64,000 bases of DNA from Chrysomallon squamiferum (taxonomy: Eukaryota > Animalia > Mollusca), in the NCBI GenBank assembly GCA_012295275.1, contig CM022679.1, positions 27,342,001 to 27,406,000 on the forward strand. Direction: 5' to 3'. Shown here one piece after another: positions 26,960 through 38,941 of the stretch; the stretch's first letter is position 1; every line of letters begins with the position of its first letter. The notes under the pieces were generated by a model, which did no database searches, was not told the origin of the DNA, and was given only the letters and a program-made list of their open reading frames with translations. Made by a program: the position numbers and the translations under genes.

Positions 26960-27913
26960 CATTCGTGCATGCGTGTGTGTTCTGAAATTGTAGTTGTTAT
27001 TTATTTAAAGCTCATTATCTCACTCACTCTCTTTTTTTTTCTCTCTCTCTCTCTTTTTCTTTCTTTCTCAAGTTTCTTTGCTTCTTCCTCTCCTCCGTCT
27101 CTTAAAACTTCTTTTTTTTCTTCTGTTTTAATATTTCCATTTGTATTTTTATGATCATACTTTTTTTTTTTTCCAGTTTTTTTGACAGGAAGTGACAGAA
27201 TACCTATCTTTGGAATGCAGCATGTGAAGGTATTTGTCTTATGCTTTCTTTGAATAATTAATAATTTTGATGAAAAGTCATTTGCCAGTGCAGTGAGCTG
27301 TAGGTCAGTGCACATGAGGTATAAGAATTTGAAGGATCAAGTCTTTTTTTAGTGACCCTTTTGCCTTAATTCCAGTTCTAGACAATAATACATTACCAGA
27401 CTGCAAGAGTCCAAGGAGTATATTTTTCTGTCATATTTTTGACAACGTAAAATTATATACGAAAAATAATGTTACACACATACACACACCTACATATATA
27501 TATTTACTAACTCATATTTTTTTTATTTCTACATTTATTAATTTATTTATTTATTTATTTAGTTCATTTGTTGATTTATTGATTTATTTAGGTATTTATG
27601 TATTTATTATTGATTTGTTTATATAATAAAATTTATTTATTTATTTATTATTTTTTTATTATTATTTCATTATTATTTTTATTATTATTTATTTATATAT
27701 CTTTTTATTTCATTATTATTTATATTATTATTTATTTATTTTTTTCTATTTGTTTAGATTATAATTCAGCCCACGGGAGGAGGTGACGCCTTTCTACCTG
27801 TGGCCCACACCTGTTTCAACTTGTTAGATCTGCCTAAGTATACGTCCAAGACAATTCTCAGGGAAAAGCTCGTCAAGGCAATACAGCAGACAGAGGGCTT
27901 CGGTCTTGTGTAG
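7622..27913 (+). CDS. HERC4: Small HERC-family E3 ubiquitin ligase (RCC1-like domain + HECT), HERC4/HERC3 orthologue, about 1052 aa
   Basis: Exons: 7622-7856, 8375-8537, 8924-9000, 9449-9638, 10166-10200, 10489-10580, 11518-11648, 12303-12552, 13137-13264, 13601-13657, 14241-14349, 14949-15138, 15588-15637, 16214-16273, 16565-16624, 17074-17196, 17774-17860, 18399-18563, [19655-19702 or 19755-19802], 22674-22769, 23326-23444, 23813-23860, 24451-24517, 24989-25071, 25532-25640, 26169-26243, 26751-26853, 27177-27229, 27758-27913. Sum is 3159 nt with consistent phases. Contains RCC1 repeats (WGxNxxGQLG, VACGxxHT), the small-HERC motif SPPDVEALR, and HECT motifs FLTGSDRIP, catalytic [14 protein letters not shown] and C-terminal EGFGLV*. 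Caveats: GC donor in the first coding intron; in-frame TGA at 10191. Confidence 0.95.
10581..11110 (+). repeat. Degenerate ~75-bp tandem repeat resembling the preceding exon end plus donor site
   Basis: Recurrent CATTACTGACC...CAGGTAAT and TTAATTACAGGTA units, about 6 copies. Confidence 0.7.
15784..16065 (+). mobile_element. Dispersed repeat family, copy 1 of 3
   Basis: ATCTGGCTTCCAGA...TTTTGAATTAGGTGT...TTCAAGT(G/A)AGA.TGTTGCTGTG shared with 28645-28895 and 63068-63320. Confidence 0.75.
19655..19702 (+). CDS. HERC4: HERC4 alternative exon 19A ([16 protein letters not shown])
   Basis: gcag|48 nt|gtaaaa, phase 0/0, HECT N-lobe F-x-(G/E)-E-x-x-x-D-x-G-G motif. Confidence 0.85.
19755..19802 (+). 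CDS. HERC4: HERC4 alternative exon 19B ([16 protein letters not shown])
   Basis: ttttcacag|48 nt|gtttga, phase 0/0, paralogous to exon 19A. Confidence 0.85.
22106..22654 (+). repeat. 20-bp minisatellite TTTG(T/C)TAACTGAGATTA(T/C)AG, about 28 copies, directly upstream of a HERC4 acceptor
   Basis: Period-20 repeat is directly visible, with a few shortened units. Confidence 0.95.
26460..26750 (+). repeat. Degenerate tandem repeat (AGAATATTGT...TGTGTTTCA) ending in the real acceptor at 26750
   Basis: Repeated AATA(C/T)TGT...TTTCAG-like units. Confidence 0.6.
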
Positions 27914-28644
27914 CACATGGACAGATAATTACTTGCAAACAAGATCATGTTAGATGAGAATGATTACAAAAAACAAAAAAATCTCACAAAACAAAAACAA
28001 ACAATAACATCAGAATTTTCTGTTAAATGCAATGAATTTTTTTTTTTTTAAATATATATATATGTCCCAAAAAAAACAAAAAAAAGTGTTCAGAAAAAAG
28101 TTTTGTTGATTCAGAAGATGTAGGAAAAGTGTCAGAAAGTATCAAGAAAGATGAAGAAAAAGTTTTTTTGAAAAACAAGAAAACATCTAGAAAAATTAGC
28201 AAAAACTAAATAATAAAAACGAAAAATTTAAAGAAGATATAAACACATACGAAAACGGTTTGGTAACCTGTTTTAGAAAGAAGATAAAGAAACTTGACAG
28301 AACCAGCAAGGGTATTTTAGGGATTTGATATATTTTTTTCATTTTTTGTTTTTGTTTTTTACAAATACCACAATATCTAAAAAAAATAAAACATAGATTT
28401 TCAGAAACTTTCTTTTGTAGCATAAAAATAATAATAATGTTAATATTAACAATACATGATTAGACTAAATATTTTTTGAAAAAATTTGTATTGAATTAAA
28501 GAAACAACAGGTTGGATGCATGTTACAGTTAATCTGTGAAGAAAATAACGATGAGACTTAATTGTGTTACGAAAAAAACATTTTGTTACTACCACTACTG
28601 CAACTACTACTACTACTACTACTACTAAATGTACCAAACCATTC

Positions 28645-28895
28645 ATCTGGCTTCCAGAAATCTTGAAAATCCAGAAATCCAGCTACTTTTGAATTAGGTG
28701 TTCTTTTGTTTTAATTTCCATGACACCAATTCAAGTAAGAGTGTTGCTGTGTATTATTTGATTCAACTTGCTCTCATTTTCATTTATTATCACATATAAA
28801 AGACTAGAACAATATCGCACCTTCAGTACAGGTTTTTAAAGTAATTTAATAACAATCAAACAAACCCTGCTTTAGAAATATATTATATGGTATCT
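28645..28895 (+). mobile_element. Dispersed repeat family, copy 2 of 3 (downstream of the HERC4 stop)
   Basis: Similar to 15784-16065 and 63068-63320. Confidence 0.75.
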
Positions 28896-29402
28896 GTTAA
28901 ATATTTTAAAAGTAAATAATTAAATTAAATTGAAAAAAACCTAAAATACCATTTTAAGTTCAAGTATTTATGGATGATTCCTAGGAAGGTCAGTGTTCTG
29001 TTTTTGGTTGGATTTCGGTTGTTGTTTTTTTTCGTTCTGTTTTTAATCACTGATTTGTTATATATTTGTTTTTATTTTTTAGATACTTTTATAAATGTTT
29101 TTAAAGTACTGATTTTACCAAACTGACATTCACTGAACAGTTAAAATGTCAAACAAGTGGCTGCATGTATATTTGTGAATGAAAAGAAAATGTGCAAAGC
29201 TCATGAGTGAAAATTTGTGTACACTTTGATGTTATGGAGAAAGGATGTATTATTGTTAAGTTTTAGATATTGTTTTAAAGTGGCTTGTTAGAAGCAAAAG
29301 CAGATGTTTTTTATGTGTGTATGAATATACAAGATTTCCTTCCGGTCTTCTTTGTGCATATATGTATATGAGTGTACAAAAAGTGTGTATTAGTGTGTGT
29401 GT

Positions 29403-29433
<31 letters not shown>

Positions 29434-30042
29434 CAATTAATTATAAATAAACTATATTGTGGTATATGAAGGCAGTTTAAAATTGGTGACATCTTTTCGA
29501 TTCACATAAATAAATAATCAAGAAATTCTCAAAAGAGTGGTAAAATACATTTATTGCATGAAGGAATAATAGGTTGTATTAGAAAAAAGAAAAAATCTTT
29601 ATGTAGTATTTTTTTTTTTTAAATTGTTTTTCAATTGTTTCTAACAATATTTATGTGTATATTTTAGACATAACCATTTATATTTCTTTTCTTCTTTTTA
29701 AATTGAAAAAACAATATTTAATATTTAGAAACATTGTTTTTATTACTGGAATGCTTGATGTGCAAATCAGAAATTGTGTGAATTATATATATATATAGAT
29801 ATATATATATACATACACACACAACACACACACACACCAACACAACTATGTACACCTAGATTCAGTACAGACCGTTTATCCTCCTTTAGGTTATTTTGTA
29901 TCTGTTAAATACATTTTTATCATTTACTTTTCACTGTTTATTTTATACTTTAAGTATATATATATAAATTATTATCTTTTTTCAAAACTTGCTGGATCAC
30001 ACAAAAAAGAAAAATGTAAAAGAAATTTTATTATTATTATTA

Positions 30043-30081
<39 letters not shown>

Positions 30082-31341
30082 TTATTTTTATTTTTATTTT
30101 TTTTAATTATTTTATTGTTATTGTTAGTTTTGTTTCAGTTTTAATTTTCTGCAGCTTTAACAAGTACATAATTTTTACTGATCTCTGTTTTCAAATACAT
30201 TGTTTTGTACATATTTTAGTCACATATAACTATGCCAGTATATAAATGAATGTATGCATACATAGATGAATTCCATTTTTGATATTTGATTACTACAACT
30301 ACTTTAGCTATAACTGTTAATACTACTACAAGTATTTCTATTAGTAGTACAACTATAAATACTACTACTACTACAGCATCAACACCTACTATTATTACTA
30401 CAACAACTACTATTACTGTTACATCAGCAGTTACTATTACTTACACTACAACTACAGTGCTACTACTACTACTTTCATTTATCAAACTTTGGTTGGTTCT
30501 TACTTTCAAACCATTAACTTGTCTCCTTCTGACAATAAACAGTATATTTTATTTATCTTATAAATGCTGGTTATAGTTAACATCAGAACATCGTGATATG
30601 TTTTAATAATTTTGAAAATAAATTTATTGTAACAACTTTTTTGTATGCAGTGTGTACTATTATGCAGCTCTTATTAATCTCTTGGTTGTGTACTTCCAGA
30701 CAGGAATGTCAGAAGTTTTGTATAAATTGTTTCACTGTGTGTTGTTGCTGTATCTATGTAACTATTCTTTTAATTAAAAAAATGGAATAGAAATCATATT
30801 TTATAATGTGAAAAAAATGCCTCACATACATATGAAATATTATATGCTCACATAAATGTTTGTGTGTGTAGTTCCTTTCTAACATTTTTTAAAAATTGTT
30901 ATTGTTATGTGTTTGTATTTTTATTTTTACACTAAAAAGCTGAATATTTAAATAATAATAATAATAATAATAATCACTGCAGTTCAAACCACAATTTTAA
31001 TAATTTTTTTGCTAAAGCAGATTTCGTTTTTAATGTCATGAAGAGAGGATAAAAAATTTAATTAAATGTACTTTATTATATTGCACTTTTTAAATGTAAT
31101 TTTGAATAATAAAATATGGATTTGGAATCAAGCTTGGATTTAGATAAAGCAAGCCCTAGGGTATGAGATGCACCAGTAGGGGCATCCCAGTACATCACCT
31201 CCAAAAGGTTTTGACAGCTGGTATTTCTGGGTGGGGAGAATTTTATTATTGTTGTTATTGATGTAATTCAGGCTCTGCCTAATGTGGAGTTTAGTTAATA
31301 AAGCCTAGAAGAAAGAAGAAAATGTATTTTTATGATAATAA

Positions 31342-31385
<44 letters not shown>

Positions 31386-31938
31386 GTGTTGTTTTGTTTA
31401 TGCTTAAATCCGAACCCGAGCGGGATAATTGGGATTATGAAACAGTTGTGTTTTGTAATTATCTACCTATATGTTTGTATACGTGTGTAATAACTCTGAT
31501 ACTGTGATATTTTCACTAGTGTGTTTCTCCGATACTTACGAAATTATGACACAAATAAAGAAATTTATAGTCAATTCTTTTGTATTGTTTATTTATATAG
31601 TTATTTGTTTATTATGTGCATGGCAGTTTCAATTTGTTTTTCAAGATTTATATGTATGTATATATATATATTTACGTTTCAGTAAGAGGAGATAACTCCT
31701 TAACATCGCTGCCTGTAATAATTTTCCACATTGGGAGCAGTTTCAATAATCACCGGTTTACGGAAGTAAACTTAGATGCGCGTGACTGTCTCCATTGCCA
31801 CTTGAGAAGAAACACAACTAAAAATTATAGACGATAACAAACAAATCAGCTAGTACGTTACAACCATGTACTATACAGAGCACTGCTCATCAAGCTGTTA
31901 AGTGAGATAAAATATAAGTTATAATTAAATCTATACGT

Positions 31939-34900
31939 ATGTCGCTGCTAGAAATGTTAATTACGGCGGTTTTGTGTTATGCAATTTCGCAAGTGTGGGT
32001 GTTGGGTGTATCGCATGAAGATTTACACACAACACGTACTACACAGAAATCATCAAATGCCACGGTTCCAGCACCTACAGTTGATCCATTGCATTTTGGT
32101 AAGTTAAACACTCAAATACGTAAGGATATGGGTGCGGGTTAAAAAAATTAAATTGACATGCATTAACTGTTCGGAAGATCTTAGAAGAATAGATATTCAT
32201 GACGGTGAAGCTAATTTCGTTTTAAGGTAACAGAATTAAACACGTCGATCACCCTTCACAGTACTAGACTGTAGTCGATATTATTTTATAGGATGTCATT
32301 GAACTTTTTTACTGATTGTTATACACTGATACAGTGATAGGTTTATTGCGTATTTCTTTATAACCACTAAACCAGGTAACACAGGCGATAGTTTCACTTT
32401 CATATTTTGTTTCAGTTGACAGCATGTATCGAACATTTCTGCTCAGTACAATTAATGGGAACGCTTAAAGCAGTGGTTCTCAAACTTTCTGAAGTCGAGG
32501 CACACGTAAAGCCTTACAAAAAACTGCGAGCTCACTACACACAAAATGCTAAGAAATATAATGCAAAATGTAAAAATATACAGAAATACTGAAAGAAGGA
32601 TATATACCTTTATTCTCATCTATTTTGCATACTCCCATTTCCTTGTCAGTTGACTGAAGATTTGTTCTTTTTTTGCACTTGATGTTGATGTTGGTGAGAG
32701 TGGAAAATCCTCATTTTCATAAGTATGATGTTGAAAATTGCAGTAAAATGGCTAAAGATTTTTTGGATATCTTTTTTCTCTAATTGAAATCCAAAAATTT
32801 TCAAGACTAATTTCCTTATATTTAATCTTCAATCCACCATCGGTGGATACAGTTGCCAGGTCTTCTTCTTCAGCTAATGTTAAACTAGCATCATCTGAAA
32901 TTTCTATGAATGGATTTTGAATCCATGCATTTTGTTCAGTGTTAAGTGATGGAAAATAATTTATCTTCCAAATTTTTTTCTGAATAGATGTCAAAATGCT
33001 AATCCACAATTCAATGTACTATAAATCGGTTTTATATCGTCACAAATATCTACCTAGATCCTAGAATTTCGTGAGGCATATCTAAGCATGTCTCCAGGCA
33101 CACCCTTTGAGAACCACTGGATTAAATCATGAAAGTGCTTATATTTGTGAAAATCTAACAGTCTTTTCTCACTTCATTCCAGTAAACTACACTCTTGAAA
33201 TTTCCTCATCAGGACCTGCAGTTTTGGACTCAACGGTCAGATTTACAGCCATATTAAAAGACAGAGAGGGTCATCTGGCTCAGTCTAAGATGTTCCGATA
33301 TTTGTGGTCAAACAGTGCTGACACATCCATGAAAAAGACTGTAGATGACTATAATGCTTCCATTGAGTACAGGACTAGCAGCGACAAAGATTCTCCAGGG
33401 CAGTATTTGATGACAGTTATAGTGTATGTCAAAGACACGGTGCCCAAGAAAATAGTGTCATATGGATCCTTGCAGTTTGATCTCACAGGTAAAAATGATT
33501 AAAACTGTAATTTGTGTGCTTTCAGATGGTTTTATTTTATTATTATTATCTTTTTCATTGTTTTTATTTTGTTTTTGGTGGAAGTATATCACATATTTTT
33601 GGCAGAAGTTTATTGTGTTAACTTCATTTCAGTATTATTTGTTGTTTTATTTCAGTATTATTATTATTTTTATTTTATTTTGTCGTATAATGTTATTGTT
33701 TGTTGTATTTTTCAGAGACTTTGAATGGAAATTTAAATTTTAGTCAACATTTGCTGTATCAGAGGAAGAATGATACATTCTCAACAGGGAAAACCTTGAG
33801 TGTTTTTGTGAATGTAACAGACAGATTTCCTTTAGAATGGTATAGCCCCACAATTAGATTTGTATACTACTGGTACCAAAATAATAATTTTGTCATTGCA
33901 ACAAATTATCCTAACTATACAGTAACACCAACAAAAGCAGGGAATTTAAATTTGTCCACTATGATAATAGCCACTCTGCCGTATTACAAAATGTTACATT
34001 CCAACACGAGTTTGCTGTATTCACCTGTCACATGTGATCTGTTACGAAAGTACAAAAAGATAGTGCTACACAGCATTCAGGATATATTTTCTCTGAAAAA
34101 GTGTGGTATTATGGAACAAAATGTATCAATTAAAGGTGAGAATTCCGTAACTAAAAATTTTGATATTAACTAACTTATTTGTTTCTTTATTATTATTATT
34201 TATGGAGAAATCAATAAAATAAAAAATAAAAAATAATATTTTTTATGTCTAATGGTTCCTCTCTTCATACACATATATAATGTCATTTTATTTTATTTTT
34301 TATTTTCGCTTTTTTTTTGAAGTGTTATTAATATCTCAGTCTGTAGCTGTTATTTATTTTATTTATTTTTTGTTTGTTTGATTGGTTTTTGTGAATTTTT
34401 ATTTTAGGTTCTTTTTTATTTTTTTTATTTGAACCTCATAATGGTATTATTATTATTGGAATAAAATTCAGCACTGTCTTTTACATAACAACTTTCTCAC
34501 ATTTAGCAAACTGTTTTACCTTTTAAAGACATTGCTTTATTCAAATTATTGTACTTTGAACACTTAGATGTTACATATAAAGTGTAGGATTGGCATGCCT
34601 ACTTTATCAGCTTATAGGACACATAACCTTTGATCCTAAATCAGACACAGGGTGGATCAAAGATTTTGATAACAGTTCACAGCATTATTATGCGTAGGTC
34701 AACAAACACATCTAGCTGAACTGTGGATGATGGATAATACCATTAAAATAAAATGCTTTAATTGTAATGAGAGTCTTGTATATGTTGAGTGTTTTGATCT
34801 ATGAATCCAACCATTGTTTGTAGTGGTACTGTTAGGGTCTGTAGTGCATGTTGTTTGTCTTGTACTTTTCATTTACTCAAGACATTCTTGCTGCATATTC

Positions 34901-35403
34901 AATGTAACCGTACTGAAAACTGTAAAACATTATTAAATCAACAAATAATGCATTGATGATGAAAAAGTTATATAATAAAATTCAGTTTTTTTAAGCAATA
35001 GTTTTAATATCTAAATAATTATTTTGTATGTACTATTAACAAATAGATTCAGCAGTTGTTTAATCATGAAATATCATGGACAACGTTGGTAGTTGTTTAT
35101 ACTTTTTTGCCAGTTCATACATTTTTTCAGTTTTTCTTTCAATCTTATAACAATTGTAAGCTGGACTGTTGTTCTAATTGCAGAATCACTGAAAAATCTG
35201 ACAATAAAAGGAAACAAATATCATCCTCTGGGTGAACCAGTCAAAATCAATATCACATGTCATGGAAAGTAAGTAAATGTGAAAAATAAAATAAAATTTA
35301 GAGTTAAAAGATTTTTTTAATTTGTATATAGAGTGTGTATGAGCAGTATTTATTTAAATAAAATAAAAAATGTAGAAAACATTTTTAGTATATTGTATTA
35401 ATA

Positions 35404-35434
<31 letters not shown>

Positions 35435-36326
35435 ATTTTTTTTTTTTTTTTTTTTTCCAGTTCTTTATCTTATCCGACTGCAGTTTGTTGGAATATTACA
35501 AATACTAATTTCTCCCTGCCAAAAGGAAATGCAAGCTGCAAACCCTCAAATTTTACTAACACTTGTCATCATCAGGTTAAAATCTGGCTAAATAAAACTG
35601 GCAGTCATTTGATATGGTTTACTGTGTACAACGATGTTGGGTTTATCACAGGAAAACATTTAGTTATTGTACAAAACCCAGGTTTGTTTTTATTTTCAGT
35701 ATTTTCTGCAGAACATTTCATATATTTTTTAAAATTTGAATTACCAAGTTTGGTATATAATTTTGTTTCATATGAGAATTGTCAAGTTAAATTTTAATTA
35801 TTTGAGTACCCATGATGCACAGTATTTTTATTGTCTTTATCTGTGTAATTCAATATTAAAAATGAAATTTCTTGGGGTTTTTTAAAATTTAAATTATTGT
35901 TTAAATCATTTGGTTATTATTCTCTTTCTGTACAACAGTTACTGATCCTTATTGTTTTGGTGCTTACTAACATTTAGATTACAGTGATAAAATGATATCT
36001 AAACATATTTTGTTTCAGAGCAGATGTTTAAGTATTGTTTTATTTTCGCAGGTGAAAACAGCAGTTCAGTACTGGTTGTTCCAGTGGTGTTCAGCATGCT
36101 GGGACTGATGATTATTTTTGCTGGAGTTGTGTTTGTGTTGAGACTGAGAAAAAAACCGTTAGTTGAAGTAGCTGACTTTGACTTTCACCCAATGCTTATG
36201 CAAGAGGAGTCCCTACTGAAGAGAGCTAAAAGTGTCTGGTCTAAAGCTAGAACAATGAGTTCGCTTCCAAGATATGTGGCACCAAGACCTAGAAGATATG
36301 GTTCTCTCATGAATGAAACATTGTAA
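31939..36326 (+). CDS. TMEM130: TMEM130-like type I membrane glycoprotein (PKD-like ectodomain; PMEL/GPNMB-related family)
   Basis: Exons 31939-32098 (signal peptide MSLLEMLITAVLCYAISQVWVLG), 33183-33488 (SSSGPAVLDSTVRFTA), 33716-34135, 35184-35268, 35461-35681, 36052-36326 (TM VLVVPVVFSMLGLMIIFAGVVFVL; cytosolic VEVADFDF as recalled from TMEM130; YGSL sorting-type motif). Phases are consistent and there are many N-x-S/T sequons. Confidence 0.85.
32471..33119 (-). mobile_element. Deleted hAT (Charlie/Buster-type) DNA transposon in TMEM130 intron 1
   Basis: Perfect 14-bp TIRs CAGTGGTTCTCAAA / TTTGAGAACCACTG. 8-bp flanks GCTTAAAG vs GATTAAAT (6/8 match). Decayed transposase C-terminus on - strand (YFP...WIQNPF...LENFW...AILLQFSTSYL*..GFS.LTNI) with stops and frameshifts. 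Confidence 0.9.
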
Positions 36327-38941
36327 TGTGGTTTAAAAAAATGAAAAAAGGAGAAAAAAGAAGAAAGAAAGCAGTCTGTGGTTCTCTAATAAATGAAACA
36401 CTTTAATGAGGTTTTGTAGTGAGAAACAAAAGTAGAAGTAGAAAGAAACAAATCCAATAAACCACAAGAACAAAGCTGCATTGCCTTTTCAGTAATAGAA
36501 CATTCCAGTAGAATTTTATATATTTAAAAAATTAATTAAAAACTAAAATCCAGTGAAATGCAAAGGAGATTATAAATGAAATACTGTCTGATTTTGTAAA
36601 TTAAATAAAATAATAAATTCTAATGCAATATGAAAATTAAAATAGTACACTTTTTCAAGCATGAAACAAGTAAATAATATAAATGAAATTCACTGGGACA
36701 CTAAAAACAAAATGATATACAGGTATCAAACCATTTATCTCACTTTAGAAGTACTAATTTGTATCTGTTAAATAGAGTTTATTCTTATTATTCTTTTATT
36801 ATTTTTAATGTTTTTTAATGTTTTGAATACATAAGTCTTGGTCCAGAAATCCAGGTCACCTCTTATCCCAAGTTTGCTATTGCTTTGGTTTGATAATTAA
36901 TCAAATTGAACAGTGTTTTTTTTGTAATAATACATGTACTAATTTAAAAATAATAATAAAAAATAAAAGTGGAATGTGCAGAATAAGATGCTATGACTGT
37001 CTCATGAGTGATTGAGAATGTTTATATATTTTATTTCCAATAAATCCCCATATGTTACTATTACCAACAGATCTTTTCAGTTTTACAAATTGTTTTTCTT
37101 GCAGATCTGATGTTCTAGTATTAATATTATAATACAGTTTTCAGCATTATTTAGAATAAGAGGTTGATGAATGTAAACAATGATACTAGTATGCACGTAT
37201 AAAACAGAATAAACTTATTTGAAGATAAGCACTATAAAATTATTTTTGAGATGTTCTATGAAATCAAACGTGATTGCAGTATTATAAATTAGCTTGCAAC
37301 TCTTCAGATATACTGCTGAAAATTAAACAAGGCTATTTGCTATATATTTTGTTAACCTGCAGTTATACAGATATATTTAAAACATTTTCTGTCATTACAA
37401 TTTTATAAAGCTTATTTACAAAAGTTGTAAACTTTTTATAAATTAATATATTTAAAAAAAAAATACAAATTCATTATTTACAAAATTTCATATTGTTGCT
37501 GCATCATTAGTGATGAACAACTCTCTCTGTCTGCACACAGTGACTGTTGTTGATGTACATATTTAAATGTTGTTCTCTTGGTTATATGATACAAACAGGT
37601 TTTTTTAAATTTTGTCAGGATGACAAATAATTGTGGACTGTTCAAAAACCAAAAAATGGTTTTAATGTCTCTCTGTTACCACGTTTAACTCTTTGTTATT
37701 CAAAATAAATTGAAGTGATATTTTAAGATTATTATTATTTTATTTTCAAACTGTTTTCATTCTCTGTCAGCACAAATGAATAATAAACTGATAATACATG
37801 GTTTTTCTGCATCCTGTAAAGTATTAAAATCTTGTGATTTTAAATTTGGAAAGTGCTTAAATTTCATAGGGATTTGTAATACTGTGATGGCAAGAAATGG
37901 CCATCACAATATATTTTGGATGGTGCTGGATAAATACATTGATATTTTTTTCATGGAATATTATCTATGGAATGCCCTTGAAATATTCTGGAATTTGTTA
38001 ATGTGCAAAAACCATGTTGTACTAATGTTTGAATTACTCAAAATGTTTTGTTACAATGCTCATTTGAAAATCAAACTACTCTTTTTAATAACATATTCTG
38101 TTACTCATATTGCATTTTGTTTTATTTTATTGCAGTATTTGTAAATATCAATACAGTATCTTTTTGATTTTGTAAAAATTGGCTTATTATTTGTTATTGC
38201 TTTTTATTGTATATTTCATTAATGAAGGGATGTGATACAAAATATAATTCTGTGAACAAGTGATGAAATAAATTTAATTTCTACATTGTTTACAGGTTTT
38301 AGTAATACTTTTATTTTCTTTCTTTTTTTTCACGATGTCACAGGATTTTCTTATTAAAGAAAAAATTAAGTAAAAGGAAAGCTTATTTAAAAAATAGTTG
38401 AAAGATGAAAAACACTATATTAAACAAAAACTTGAGAAAATATAATTCAGTTGTTTTTGCATAGTAAATTAGGTAACTGAAGAATCCAAGTTACATTAAC
38501 ACAAAAGCATTTTCAAATCAATTGAAAACATTAAATAATGATAAAAATAAATTGTGTCATAACAGCTTATCATCAAAACATGGATACACTGTTGATGTCT
38601 CATATTTACAATTATGTTAAACAATTATGTCTTATCGTTTCGTGATTACCTAAACTATAATCTTCAAAGGAAGAGAACACTTATTTAAATTAGAATATTG
38701 GTATGTGTTATAACCTTAAGTTTTAAAAGTAACAACTATAACAACAATTATGTTGCAACAGCATTAAAATTTGGTAAATATCCTGCATGACTGCCACAAA
38801 CAAAACGTTTGTGATGAGTTGTCTGCAATGAAAATAATTTAAAGCTTTATATTTTGTTCCCAAATCTGAACTGAAAATTTGCCTTAAGTGGGAACTGTTT
38901 ACTAACAAGGATATGTTGACTTTGCTATGTGTATAATAATA

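Noticed and set aside
10166-27913. HERC4 as a pseudogene
   Set aside because: Apart from one TGA at an error-prone GA run, all exons, splice sites, phases and the catalytic Cys are intact.
37776-38144. 122-aa ORF downstream of TMEM130
   Set aside because: AT-rich, with no recognisable domain or exon structure; likely TMEM130 3' UTR or intergenic sequence.
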